Counted from the stretch's first letter, positions 27,901 to 36,145 are shown. The stretch: DNA of 40,648 nt from Bacilli bacterium (GCA_045533785.1 JAZSIL010000050.1:1-40648), one strand, 5' to 3'. Numbers and translations are program-made. Notes: generated by a model from the letters alone, not told the origin.

Positions 27901-29021
27901 TATTTAATCGCGATAATTTAGGTATTGGTGCGGGAACTCCAGTTTATTATACAAATGTTTATGGAAGTGTTAGTAAAATTTTATATAACCAACCATTAAA
28001 TATTGATAAAACTTATGCTACTACTGATGTTGATGACTTTGACACATTAAGATCATTAGAATTTATTACAGTTCACTATACTGGTAATATGAGTGTAGGT
28101 GCTGATGCTAGAGCAAATGCTCAATATTTTGCATCCGAAAATAATACTTCAATTCATTATACAACTGGAAATGATGGTGTTTATCAAGCTTTAACTCATG
28201 ATAAAGGAGCATGGCATGCAGGAGATGGTGCTTCAGTTAATCAAGTAGGATATTTTACTTGGAATAAAACAGGTGTTAAATATGATGGTGGTGATTTATT
28301 AAAAATCAAGTGGACTGCATCAGATGACTTTTATTTTGAAATTAATGGTAAAAAGACTTCAATAAAATTACCTTCAACATGGAATTATAACAGTAGAAAT
28401 ACAGATCACGTATTTAATTCAGATGGAACAATTAGTTCAAAATCAAGTTATGCATATAGTTTCTCCAATCGTTCTCCAGAATCATTCTTTAATGATTGGG
28501 GATTTCCAGTAAAAGTTGAAAATGGTGAATATTATATGGGTACTACTTGGTGGTGCTATAGTCAAGTTCATGAAGGCCGTATTTGTGGATCTGGTGGAAA
28601 CCTTAATTCAATTGGTATTGAATCTTGTGTTGATAAGGGTTCGGATTTATGGTATACTTGGCAATTAACTGCTAAACTAGTTGCTAAACTTTGTTATGAA
28701 AATAATCTTGGTTTTGAAAGAATTAGACCACATCATGCTTATACAGCTAAAGATTGTCCTCAACCATTATTAGAAAATAATATGGAAATTTGGTGGGAAT
28801 TTATGGATCTTGTCAAGTATGAATATGAATTATTAACAAAGTTTAGTGATTATAATATTACATTTGTATCGAATAATAACGAATTTATTTCAAATAATGG
28901 TAGAGTAATTAAAGTTCCAGAAGATGACACAGTAGTTAGTTATACTGTTACTTTAACACATAAAACTACTGGAGCTGCTAATTCTGTAACTTACTTTGCT
29001 ACTATACCAGGTTCTAAATAA
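24987..29021 (+). CDS. Giant secreted multidomain cell-surface protein with a C-terminal N-acetylmuramoyl-L-alanine amidase (Amidase_2) domain
   Basis: The 1344-aa protein has a Sec signal peptide (..VVLVKA/DVT). It has Listeria-Bacteroides type repeats (GYVFKGWYT.., FGGWKSSVDGS.., GYTFKGWYTNE..) and a Big_2-like Ig domain (VGNSIQLNAKI..VWESKNTSVATVDQNGLVTGVKEGTATIYV). Amidase_2 motifs are ITVHYTG, GAWHAGDG, NSIGIESC and RPHHAYTAKDCPQP. Confidence 0.85.
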   Translation: MKKIVLSLLTVFMVLSLSVVLVKADVTTTVSLEDGVQIRTDGNNGLKWVANVENYAEGNEYGFLFAQGDLAEVTVASEGVVKQVVEGVTLEEPVMSATMVNFPKKAANQDISVVAYVYDGENYSYSNVVVRNLAEVAVYAKNTIDGDFVNAVAEYVGENYKKTFTDAQGSLYYDNALYETNHVVLAEEFIDDWNTLFSTSLDAATTFTGGSSSTWYKSAKTSSQTSWANSKLKEFFQNEAMYAKWGWLLNYIINELSNGTGHGFAKSQAEAIINNVEDTANWYYSGHLCSFVMSFMTGEYQSSGWGSYNFGNYPEKLALVRNYNNTIYANYKYSTLVEKNAIVNLPVPNNKTGYSSNWVYNSVEYADGSEFSLDANTNYFLTSNYKAINYTVSFYDGATNLTNFALTYNIESSDLILPEYEKSGYVFKGWYTTSTFEEGTEIDIIYAGSCEDVVVYAKLEETSNVSVNVTLNPNGGCWDAATTLENATILKQATLTRYLTRASSTGYDASLHTGTYSYWYHLLLKETSISGIYEIVSKGYGATSVTDYNLSIIWHGSLTDATSKTALTALYNDASTIGKYVILENVPAASSSSCSITVNVIDASELTKSLTKTLIEKEELPTPIHANSDYSFGGWKSSVDGSIVTEFPAYSSNPGDITYTAQWESNLKDVTVNFDTNGGAFVNYESVDAAIADFLKDYNTARNKSHTPETFYALGSWGEISDASLFLYNSNYKEKWTWLVNYIAGVAGGANKNAFTNFYNYSSQSELNAANGNYIYSIAYELRGWVAQAKYSQNANFITADYSSATVQAAFNSANTLPLSYVYTDPCTLPKPFKQGYTFKGWYTNESLTGDAVTSYPGYYTNIGEITYYAKWSSSIIVTYDTDPFTEVGNSIQLNAKILGELIGNFVWESKNTSVATVDQNGLVTGVKEGTATIYVYDSGDPHVNLSIEISVVSAGLSDLFSIISDAHNNTVFNRDNLGIGAGTPVYYTNVYGSVSKILYNQPLNIDKTYATTDVDDFDTLRSLEFITVHYTGNMSVGADARANAQYFASENNTSIHYTTGNDGVYQALTHDKGAWHAGDGASVNQVGYFTWNKTGVKYDGGDLLKIKWTASDDFYFEINGKKTSIKLPSTWNYNSRNTDHVFNSDGTISSKSSYAYSFSNRSPESFFNDWGFPVKVENGEYYMGTTWWCYSQVHEGRICGSGGNLNSIGIESCVDKGSDLWYTWQLTAKLVAKLCYENNLGFERIRPHHAYTAKDCPQPLLENNMEIWWEFMDLVKYEYELLTKFSDYNITFVSNNNEFISNNGRVIKVPEDDTVVSYTVTLTHKTTGAANSVTYFATIPGSK

Positions 29022-29066
29022 AATATTTAATTTGGCTTAAAATGTTTTATCTTAGATTATAAAATT

Positions 29067-29105
29067 AAAAAAGGAATGATACTTGATATTTCATTCCTTT
29101 TTTTT
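29067..29105 (+). terminator. Rho-independent terminator after giant protein A
   Basis: The stem aaaaaaggaatga (29067-29079) pairs with tcattcctttttt (29091-29103), and a T-run continues beyond it. Confidence 0.75.
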
Positions 29106-29239
29106 ATAAAATTATAAATAAAATACAAAAAAAATTTGATAATAAAAGAAAATATTATTTAATTTATCTCTTATTAAATGTTGAAAAAACTAAAATGTAA
29201 TATTTATTAAGTAAAAAAAAAACAATTTTTATAAAAATA

Positions 29240-29248
29240 TGATATAAT
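29240..29248 (+). promoter_or_regulatory. Extended -10 element (TGaTATAAT) of cassette 2
   Basis: tgatataat lies at 29240-29248, 31 nt upstream of the second micro-ORF ATG. There is no good -35 hexamer at 17-nt spacing. Confidence 0.45.
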
Positions 29249-29279
29249 ATATAAGTAATTAATTTATAAGGAGAATATT

Positions 29280-29408
29280 ATGAATAAAAATTATGATGTT
29301 CCTTCTATTAAAATTATAAGTTTTGATTCGGAAATTCAAAGTGCAGGTGGTAGTGTAGTAATACAATTTCCATGGGCTGATGAAAATGAATCGGATTTTT
29401 TTAATTAG
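29280..29408 (+). CDS. Unannotated 42-aa acidic peptide (MNKNYDVPSIKIISFDSEIQSAGGSVVIQFPWADENESDFFN), paralog of 24844..24972; function unknown
   Basis: My own translation. The SD AGGAG (29269-29273) sits 6 nt before the ATG. The stop TAG (29406-29408) overlaps AGGAGG, the SD of the downstream GTG-initiated gene. It has the same length and layout as cassette 1. Confidence 0.7.
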   Translation: MNKNYDVPSIKIISFDSEIQSAGGSVVIQFPWADENESDFFN

Positions 29409-29420
29409 GAGGTATTTAAA

Positions 29421-32400
29421 GTGAAAAAAGTATTATTAAGTTTATTAGTGGTTTTAACTTTTATTTTTGTTGGCTTTTCATTAATTAAAGCTGATACACA
29501 AACTACTGTAGAGTTAATTGATGGTGTCCAAATTAGAACTGATAATTTAAATGGTTTAAAATGGGTAGCAAATGTTAAAAATCATGATAATAATAATGTT
29601 TATGGCTTTTTACTTGCACAAGGTGAAGTTTTAAACTTAACTATTGAGAATAAAGATGCTATGAATCAAGTTGTAGAAGGTGTTACTACAGAAGAACCTG
29701 TTATGAGTGTTACAATGGTTAATTTTCCAAAATCTGCAGCAACTACTGATATTAGTGTAAGAGCTTATGTAAAAGTTGGTAATAGTTATTATTATTCAAC
29801 TAATACAGTAGTTAGAAATCTTGCTGAAGTTGCGCTTTCTGCATATGGAACTACTGAAGGTAGTTTTGTAAATAATATTGTTAATTATGTTGATGAAAAC
29901 TACAAATCGCAATATGTTGGATTTGATGGTCTTATCAGCTTTGCTTCTGCAAAATATGAAGTTAATCCTGCAAATTTAGAAAAAGAATTTGTAAAAGATT
30001 GGAATGCTAAATTCGGTACTACCTGGACAGAATTTAATTATAATACATTTAATACTAGTGCAATTGCTGGTAATAAACCTTTAACAGCTGATACTGATAA
30101 AGATTGTTCTGGTACTAATGCTTATGCTTTCTTTAAAACTGATGCTGTTACTAGTGCTAAATGGGGTTGGCTATTACAATTTTTCCTTGCAGAAACTGCC
30201 ACAGGTGTTCACCCTAAATTACAAATGAATGCTGTAATTTCTGATACTGGTACTTATACTTTATTAAGTAATGGTAAAGAATATAGTGATTTATATCAAT
30301 TTAAACACCTATCTAGAAGTTTATATAATTTCTTTAAAGCTGGTACTGAGGATATTAATGATTATCCATCAGTTGGTTTTACAGATTCACATCTATTTGC
30401 TAAAATTAGTGAATATAATAACAAAATTATCGCATTTTCCCCTGAATTCGTTAAGGTAAATGAAGAAGTAGTTTTACCTGAAATAGAAAAAGATGGTTAT
30501 GTATTTGAAGGTTATTCTGTAGATGAATCAGAACCTTTAAAAGTTATTACTATTTCTAGCGAAAATAAATTAATTGTTCCACAATATTCTGCTGTACAAT
30601 ATACTGCCAAATTTATGCTTGGTTCAACTGAGTTAAAAGAATTAGAATTAGCTTATAATATTGAAGAAGATATTTATTTACCTACTCCAATTATTGAAGG
30701 GTATGATTTCTTAGGATGGTATGATAATGCTGAATTCACTGGAAATCCAATTGAAATGATCGAAACTGGTTCATATGGTGATAAAGTATTCTATGCAAAA
30801 ACAGAAACTCAAACTTATGTAAATGTTAATGTTACTTTTGATGCAAATGGTGGTAGTTTTAATCCAACTACAACTAATATTCCAGGAGATTTTGAAATTG
30901 AAGTAGAAAAAGCTGTAAACTATGCTGCTGATATTACATATTTAGCTCCATCTACTACTGCATCTACGCTTCGTTACCAATATAAGGTTATTTTAAATTA
31001 TAATGCTACACTAGGCTTATTTGAAGTAATCGCAGTAGATGCTGCCACTAAGACTTTAACTGAAGCAGCAGCTGGTGCTACTTGGACTCATGCTCTTGCT
31101 AACTCAGCAGAAAATATTACAACTAATTTCGTTGTTGGTCAATATGTTTATTTAAATACTACAGCTTTAGCAAGTGGTAAACAAGTTGCTCAAGTCTATA
31201 ATAGTTTAGATTCACTAACAAAATATTCTACAGTTATGAAAAAACCTGAAACTCTTCCAGTTCCTACTAATGGATTAGAAGAATTTGCTGGTTGGAAATC
31301 AAGTGTTGATGGAAGTATTATAAAAGAATATCCTGGTTATATGTCAAATCCTGGTGATATAACTTATACTGCTCAATGGGGCGATATCGTTAATGAAGAA
31401 ATTAATGCTGAAGTTACATTTGATTATAATGGTGCAATTTCAGAAGAAGTATATAAAGCTAATGGAACTAATTTATCAAGTTTAGTTTTAAGCGTTTATA
31501 ATGATAATGCTAATTATGCAACGTTAATGAAAGAAAATATCTTCATTTATAAGGCTGATAATGTTTATAATTCAAATTATTCATATAGATATTGTATCGC
31601 TAAAAATGCTTCAACTGGTTTATATGAAGTAACTCATTTCATTGATAAACTAGCTGCTGATTCAACTATTCCTGCTGGAACAGAATATGTTATTGTTATC
31701 TCAACTGGTTATACTGGTTCATATACTAGCAACTTTGATAGATCAAAAGTTGCAGTAGGTAATGTTGTATTATTTGATAAAGACTTTACAACTGCTTCGT
31801 CATCTAATTTAGTAACTGCTACATTCTATAGTAATAGTGTATCTAATTATAATGTTGTTGCAACTGTTACTGAAAGTTCAGTACTTCCAACTCCTATTAG
31901 AGTTGATTATAAATTTGGTGGCTGGTATGATACTAATGATAATTTAATTGATTCTGTTGAAGACTTACGTGGTATTCCTGCCATTACACTTGTTGCTAAA
32001 TGGAATTCAACTTCTAATATTAATGCTGAAGTCACATTTGATTATAATGGTGGTATAACAGAAGAACTTATTAAGACTAAGGGTTCTCCTGCTGGATCAC
32101 TTATTATTAGTAATTACAATGGTAATTTCTGGAATTTATATGCAGATAATACATTTATTTATCCTGTTGGTACATCATTTAATCCTCAAGGTGCAAAACG
32201 TATTTATATTGCACAAAATTCATATAATGGATTATATTATGTTTTAGGTACTCAAACTAGTGGTGTAAGCGCAAAACCTGAAGGTACTGATTATATTATT
32301 ACTGTAAGTGATTCATATTCAGGTACTTATGATGATAATTTTGATGTTTCTAAACTTGCAAAAGGTGATATCGTATTCTTTAACAAATCATTTACTGCTG

Positions 32401-33953
32401 CTTCATCTACTAATTTAGTTACTTTATCATTCTATAAAGGAACTATTGCTAATGATTCTATTACTCAAACTATTAATAGTGATGTTAAGTTTGTAACTCC
32501 TGTAAAAGATGGTTATAAATTTGCTGGTTGGTATGATGCAAATGATAATTTATATTCAACATATAAAGATTTAGCTGGCGTTGAAACTATTACTTTAACA
32601 GCTAAATATGTATTTGATGATACCCTAGTTGGATCATTTAAAGATAATTCATGGGTTGAAGTAGGTAGTTCTATTAAATTAAATTACAAATTTGTTTCAG
32701 GAAGTAATATCGCAGTTTCTTGGAAATCTAACAATCCTAGTATTGCAGAAGTAGATGCTGAAGGTAACGTTACTGGTAATGCTGTTGGTCTTGCTGAAAT
32801 CGTAGTTTATGCAAATGATGCACCTAGTATTTCATTTATATATTATGTAACTGTAGTTGCTGATGGTGCTAGTTCAATGCTTCAAGTATTACTAGATAGT
32901 AATAATGAAAGTATCTTTATTAGAAATGATTTAGGTATTGGTGCTGGTACTCCTGCATATTATTATGATGCTATTGGTAGTGTTTCTAATTTATTATTCA
33001 CTACATATACTGAACATAAAAATTTCTATCTATCTAGTCCTTCTAATAAATCAACTTTAACTGGTTCAGGTACTGGTGGTGTTGACTTTGTTTGTGTTCA
33101 CTATGCTGCTGACATGCCTTATTCTGCTACATATTCTAAAAAAGGTGGTTCAAATTTAGCATCTTATAATAAGACTTGTAATACAAATGGTACAGGTGCT
33201 TCATGGCATTATAGTGTAGGTAATGACGGTGTTTGGTATTGTCAAAATACTGCTTATGGTGCATGGCATGCAGGGACATCTAAGACAATGACTTGGACTT
33301 CAACTGGTCTTACAACTGCTAAACTTGGCACTAATGTTTATACAACAGATGTTACACTAGGGTCTGATGGATATTTCTATATAAAAGGTATAAAAACTTC
33401 AGTTAAAAATACAACTGGTTATACTAGATTAAATTCATTAGGTTTAGGTGTTAAATTAAGTGGATCTACTTGGTATTTAGGTGGACATTACTATAATTCA
33501 TCTTATAAATATATTTCTTCATTAGGTGGTAACTGTAACTCTATTGGTATGGAAACATCTGTTAGAGAAGGTTCAGACCTTTGGTTAACATGGCAATATA
33601 CTGCTCAACTTTGTGCTAAGTTATTAATTCAATTTAATTTACCAATTCAACGTCTTGTAGGTCATCATTTCTTCTCAGGAAAAGATTGTCCTCAACCATT
33701 ATTATTAAATGAAAATGAAATTTGGCATGTATTTAGAGAAATGGTTATTCAACAAATGGCTTACTTCAAGGCATATGGTTCAGCTGGTGCTGCTCCTACT
33801 TTAAGTTCTACAAGTAAATATATTGATTCTAAAGGTAGAGTAACAAGTTTACCAACTTATTCAACTTGTCAAACTTATACACTATCTTATAAAGATGGAT
33901 CTTCAACTAAGACTGTTACATTATCTACAATTATTCCTGGTACTATTGCTTAA
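29421..33953 (+). CDS. Giant secreted multidomain cell-surface protein with a C-terminal Amidase_2 domain (paralog of 24987..29021)
   Basis: The 1510-aa ORF has a GTG start 8 nt after AGGAGG and a signal peptide (..FSLIKA/DTQ). Its N-terminal domain is about 65% identical, by eye, to protein A. It has Listeria-Bacteroides type repeats, a Big_2-like domain (VGSSIKLNYKF..WKSNNPSIAEVDAEGNVTGNAVGLAEIVV) and Amidase_2 motifs (VCVHYAAD, GAWHAGTS, NSIGMETS, GHHFFSGKDCPQP). Confidence 0.85.
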   Translation: MKKVLLSLLVVLTFIFVGFSLIKADTQTTVELIDGVQIRTDNLNGLKWVANVKNHDNNNVYGFLLAQGEVLNLTIENKDAMNQVVEGVTTEEPVMSVTMVNFPKSAATTDISVRAYVKVGNSYYYSTNTVVRNLAEVALSAYGTTEGSFVNNIVNYVDENYKSQYVGFDGLISFASAKYEVNPANLEKEFVKDWNAKFGTTWTEFNYNTFNTSAIAGNKPLTADTDKDCSGTNAYAFFKTDAVTSAKWGWLLQFFLAETATGVHPKLQMNAVISDTGTYTLLSNGKEYSDLYQFKHLSRSLYNFFKAGTEDINDYPSVGFTDSHLFAKISEYNNKIIAFSPEFVKVNEEVVLPEIEKDGYVFEGYSVDESEPLKVITISSENKLIVPQYSAVQYTAKFMLGSTELKELELAYNIEEDIYLPTPIIEGYDFLGWYDNAEFTGNPIEMIETGSYGDKVFYAKTETQTYVNVNVTFDANGGSFNPTTTNIPGDFEIEVEKAVNYAADITYLAPSTTASTLRYQYKVILNYNATLGLFEVIAVDAATKTLTEAAAGATWTHALANSAENITTNFVVGQYVYLNTTALASGKQVAQVYNSLDSLTKYSTVMKKPETLPVPTNGLEEFAGWKSSVDGSIIKEYPGYMSNPGDITYTAQWGDIVNEEINAEVTFDYNGAISEEVYKANGTNLSSLVLSVYNDNANYATLMKENIFIYKADNVYNSNYSYRYCIAKNASTGLYEVTHFIDKLAADSTIPAGTEYVIVISTGYTGSYTSNFDRSKVAVGNVVLFDKDFTTASSSNLVTATFYSNSVSNYNVVATVTESSVLPTPIRVDYKFGGWYDTNDNLIDSVEDLRGIPAITLVAKWNSTSNINAEVTFDYNGGITEELIKTKGSPAGSLIISNYNGNFWNLYADNTFIYPVGTSFNPQGAKRIYIAQNSYNGLYYVLGTQTSGVSAKPEGTDYIITVSDSYSGTYDDNFDVSKLAKGDIVFFNKSFTAASSTNLVTLSFYKGTIANDSITQTINSDVKFVTPVKDGYKFAGWYDANDNLYSTYKDLAGVETITLTAKYVFDDTLVGSFKDNSWVEVGSSIKLNYKFVSGSNIAVSWKSNNPSIAEVDAEGNVTGNAVGLAEIVVYANDAPSISFIYYVTVVADGASSMLQVLLDSNNESIFIRNDLGIGAGTPAYYYDAIGSVSNLLFTTYTEHKNFYLSSPSNKSTLTGSGTGGVDFVCVHYAADMPYSATYSKKGGSNLASYNKTCNTNGTGASWHYSVGNDGVWYCQNTAYGAWHAGTSKTMTWTSTGLTTAKLGTNVYTTDVTLGSDGYFYIKGIKTSVKNTTGYTRLNSLGLGVKLSGSTWYLGGHYYNSSYKYISSLGGNCNSIGMETSVREGSDLWLTWQYTAQLCAKLLIQFNLPIQRLVGHHFFSGKDCPQPLLLNENEIWHVFREMVIQQMAYFKAYGSAGAAPTLSSTSKYIDSKGRVTSLPTYSTCQTYTLSYKDGSSTKTVTLSTIIPGTIA
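31401..32636 (+). repeat. In-frame tandem duplication of a 618-nt (206-aa) module inside giant protein B
   Basis: Both units start attaatgctgaagt.acatttgattataatggtg (INAEVTFDYNG), at 31401 and 32019. Both end in a Y-K-F-[GA]-G-W-Y-D repeat. They have diverged substantially at the protein level. Confidence 0.8.
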
Positions 33954-33966
33954 TAAATAAAAATTA

Positions 33967-33999
33967 AAGACTCCAAACATAAGTTTGGAGTCTTGTTTT
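33967..33999 (+). terminator. Terminator after giant protein B
   Basis: A perfect 12-bp stem, aagactccaaac (33967-33978) pairing with gtttggagtctt (33983-33994), has a 4-nt loop. The U-tract (gtttta) is short and interrupted. Confidence 0.65.
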
Positions 34000-34047
34000 A
34001 TTAGAATATTATTATTTTATTTACATATTATTATGTGAGGTGAGATT

Positions 34048-34284
34048 ATGAATTTTAATAAAGCGTTGCAATTTATTTCTGATAATAATATTCAACCAGA
34101 AGCTGTTTTTGAATTAGTAGAAAAAGTTAAAAGTATGGATTTATCCAATGAAGACAATATTCGTAATGTTATTAGGGATGTATCTAAACTTGCAGGTAAG
34201 CCTATTGATAGAGCGCAAGAAGATAATATTGTTAGAGAAATTATGAAAAATGGTGTCAATGATAATCTTTTTAATATGTTGTAG
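34048..34284 (+). CDS. Small hypothetical protein, possibly SpoVIF-like (stage VI sporulation protein F family)
   Basis: The 78-aa ORF has an SD GAGGTGA. The pattern ..PEAVFELVEKV...DLSNEDNIRNVIRDVSKLAGKPI...EDNIVREI.. resembles SpoVIF-family proteins as I remember them. The family assignment is weak. Confidence 0.5.
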   Translation: MNFNKALQFISDNNIQPEAVFELVEKVKSMDLSNEDNIRNVIRDVSKLAGKPIDRAQEDNIVREIMKNGVNDNLFNML

Positions 34285-34304
34285 AAAAAAATAATTCGTT
34301 CTAC

Positions 34305-34333
34305 TTGAGTTTTAGGATAAGTTATGGTATAAT
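34305..34333 (+). promoter_or_regulatory. Sigma-A type promoter for yceD-rpmF
   Basis: TTGAGT (34305-34310) is followed by a 17-nt spacer and TGgTATAAT (34325-34333). Confidence 0.55.
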
Positions 34334-34356
34334 ATATCAGGTAGTGTGGTGATTTT

Positions 34357-34848
34357 ATGAAATGGTCTTTACAACAATTATTAAAAATCAATAAATTCCC
34401 ATATCATTTTGAGGAAACATTAGATTTAAGTGCTGAAATTGAAAATGTAGAAGACATCTATGAAATTGGTCCAGTAAATATAACTGGTAGTATAAATAGA
34501 TTAGATGATGAAACTTATCAATTTATCTACAAAGTTTCTGTAAAACTTGTTTTGCAATGTGCTTTGACACTTGATCCTGTTGATTATTTATTTGAAGAAG
34601 ACTATGATGAAATTTATTCTACAACTCCTAATGATGAATATATCTTAATCGAAAAAAATACGATTGATACTTATCAAATGGTTTGGTCGAATATTATTAT
34701 TGATAAACCCATCAATGTAACGCGTCCTGATGCATATGAAGTATTAAAAGAAAGAGGTATTTCATTAGATGACGAAATCGAATTAGATGATGATGATTAT
34801 GTAATCTCTTATTCTGATGGTCGTCAAGAAGATGATGAAGAAATTTAG
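34357..34848 (+). CDS. DUF177 / YceD family protein (23S rRNA accumulation protein)
   Basis: The 163-aa acidic protein lies immediately upstream of rpmF, which is the canonical yceD-rpmF arrangement. Confidence 0.75.
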   Translation: MKWSLQQLLKINKFPYHFEETLDLSAEIENVEDIYEIGPVNITGSINRLDDETYQFIYKVSVKLVLQCALTLDPVDYLFEEDYDEIYSTTPNDEYILIEKNTIDTYQMVWSNIIIDKPINVTRPDAYEVLKERGISLDDEIELDDDDYVISYSDGRQEDDEEI

Positions 34849-34864
34849 AAAGAGGTACTAGAAA

Positions 34865-35071
34865 ATGGGTGCAATTGCTCAACAACGTCGTGTTTCTAAG
34901 ACTCGTAAATTAAAACGTCGTACACATTACAAACTAGAAGTTCCTGGAATGGTAGTTTGTTCAAACTGTGGTGAATTAAAATTAAGTCATCGTGTTTGTC
35001 CTGAATGTGGATTCTACAACGGAAAACAAGTTAAAGAAATCAAACAAAAAGAAAACAAAGATAACGAATAA
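34865..35071 (+). CDS. rpmF: 50S ribosomal protein L32
   Basis: The 68-aa ORF has the N-terminal [17 protein letters not shown] stretch and a zinc ribbon ([18 protein letters not shown]). Confidence 0.92.
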   Translation: MGAIAQQRRVSKTRKLKRRTHYKLEVPGMVVCSNCGELKLSHRVCPECGFYNGKQVKEIKQKENKDNE

Positions 35072-35110
35072 TTAGGGTTTTAATGATTCGTTTGGGAGAA
35101 ATCCTGTCAA

Positions 35111-35137
35111 AAGCGCATCAGTGGATGCGTTTTTTTT
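35111..35137 (+). terminator. Rho-independent terminator after rpmF
   Basis: A GC-rich stem, cgcatc (35114-35119) pairing with gatgcg (35124-35129), has loop agtg and is followed by an 8-nt T-run. Confidence 0.7.
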
Positions 35138-35159
35138 ATAAAAAAATTGGAGGCTTGAA

Positions 35160-36092
35160 ATGGATAACTATAAGCACTATTCAGTATTATTAAATGAAAG
35201 CATTGAAATGTTAAATATTAAACCTAATGGGATTTATGTTGATTGTACATTAGGTGGTGGCGGACATTCATTAGAAATTGTAAAAAAATTAACAACTGGT
35301 CATTTGTTTACTTTTGATCAAGATGATTATGCAATTTCAAAAGCTAAAGTTCGTTTACAAGGATTTGAAAATAATTATACGATTATAAATGCAAATTTTT
35401 CTAATATTAAATTTGCTTTATTAGAACATGGAATTGAACATGTAGATGGAGTAATATATGATTTGGGTGTATCTAGTTTTCAATTTGATATTCCAGAACG
35501 TGGATTTAGTTATCGCTTTGATGGCCCTTTAGATATGAGAATGGATCAAAATGCATCATTATCTGCTTATGATGTTATTAATAACTATTCCGAAAATGAT
35601 TTAAAAAGAATATTATATGAATATGGTGAAGAAAAGTTTGCTCCTAGTATTGCAAGAGGAATTGTTAAAGCAAGATCTGTTAAACCGATTGAAACAACTT
35701 TTGAACTTGTTGAAGTAATTAAAAGATCACTTCCAGCATCTGTTTTAAGAAAAGCTGGTCATCCAGCTAAACAAACCTTCCAAGCCCTTCGTATTGAAGT
35801 AAATGGTGAACTTGATGTCCTAAAGAACAGTTTAGAAGATGCTGTGAAATTACTTAATACAGGTGGACGAGTTGTTGTGATTACATTCCAATCATTAGAA
35901 GATAGAATTGTAAAACAAATGTTTAAAAAATTTACAACACTTGATATTCCAAAAGGACTTCCTTTTGTACCTGATTATATGAAAGTGGAATATAAACTTG
36001 TAAATAATAAAGTTATTTTACCAAGTGAAAAAGAACTTGATGAAAATAATCGTAGTCATTCTGCTAAAATGCGTGGAATTGAAAAATTATAA
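35160..36092 (+). CDS. rsmH: 16S rRNA (cytosine1402-N4)-methyltransferase RsmH (MraW)
   Basis: The 310-aa ORF carries HYSVLLNE, DCTLGGGGHS, DLGVSSFQFD and SHSAKMR motifs. Confidence 0.93.
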   Translation: MDNYKHYSVLLNESIEMLNIKPNGIYVDCTLGGGGHSLEIVKKLTTGHLFTFDQDDYAISKAKVRLQGFENNYTIINANFSNIKFALLEHGIEHVDGVIYDLGVSSFQFDIPERGFSYRFDGPLDMRMDQNASLSAYDVINNYSENDLKRILYEYGEEKFAPSIARGIVKARSVKPIETTFELVEVIKRSLPASVLRKAGHPAKQTFQALRIEVNGELDVLKNSLEDAVKLLNTGGRVVVITFQSLEDRIVKQMFKKFTTLDIPKGLPFVPDYMKVEYKLVNNKVILPSEKELDENNRSHSAKMRGIEKL

Positions 36093-36145
36093 AAAAATAA
36101 GCTATTACTTGCATACCTTGTGTATGTCTGTAATAGCTTTTTATT
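36093..36145. terminator. Bidirectional terminator between rsmH and the convergent epimerase gene
   Basis: The stem aagctattac (36099-36108) pairs with gtaatagctt (36130-36139). An A-run lies upstream and a T-rich tract lies downstream. Confidence 0.65.

Noticed and set aside
29406-29423. Stop-codon readthrough or frameshift joining the micro-ORF to the giant gene.
   Set aside because: In cassette 2 the two ORFs happen to be in the same frame, separated by TAG plus 4 codons. In cassette 1 they are in different frames, with 14 nt between the stop and the ATG. A fusion product is therefore not a conserved feature. Both giant genes have their own SD and signal peptide.
35083-35140. A short ORF (MIRLGEILSKAHQWMRFFL) and a possible structured RNA downstream of rpmF.
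   Set aside because: There is no convincing SD, and the ORF runs through the rpmF terminator hairpin. The GC-rich patch is fully explained by that terminator.
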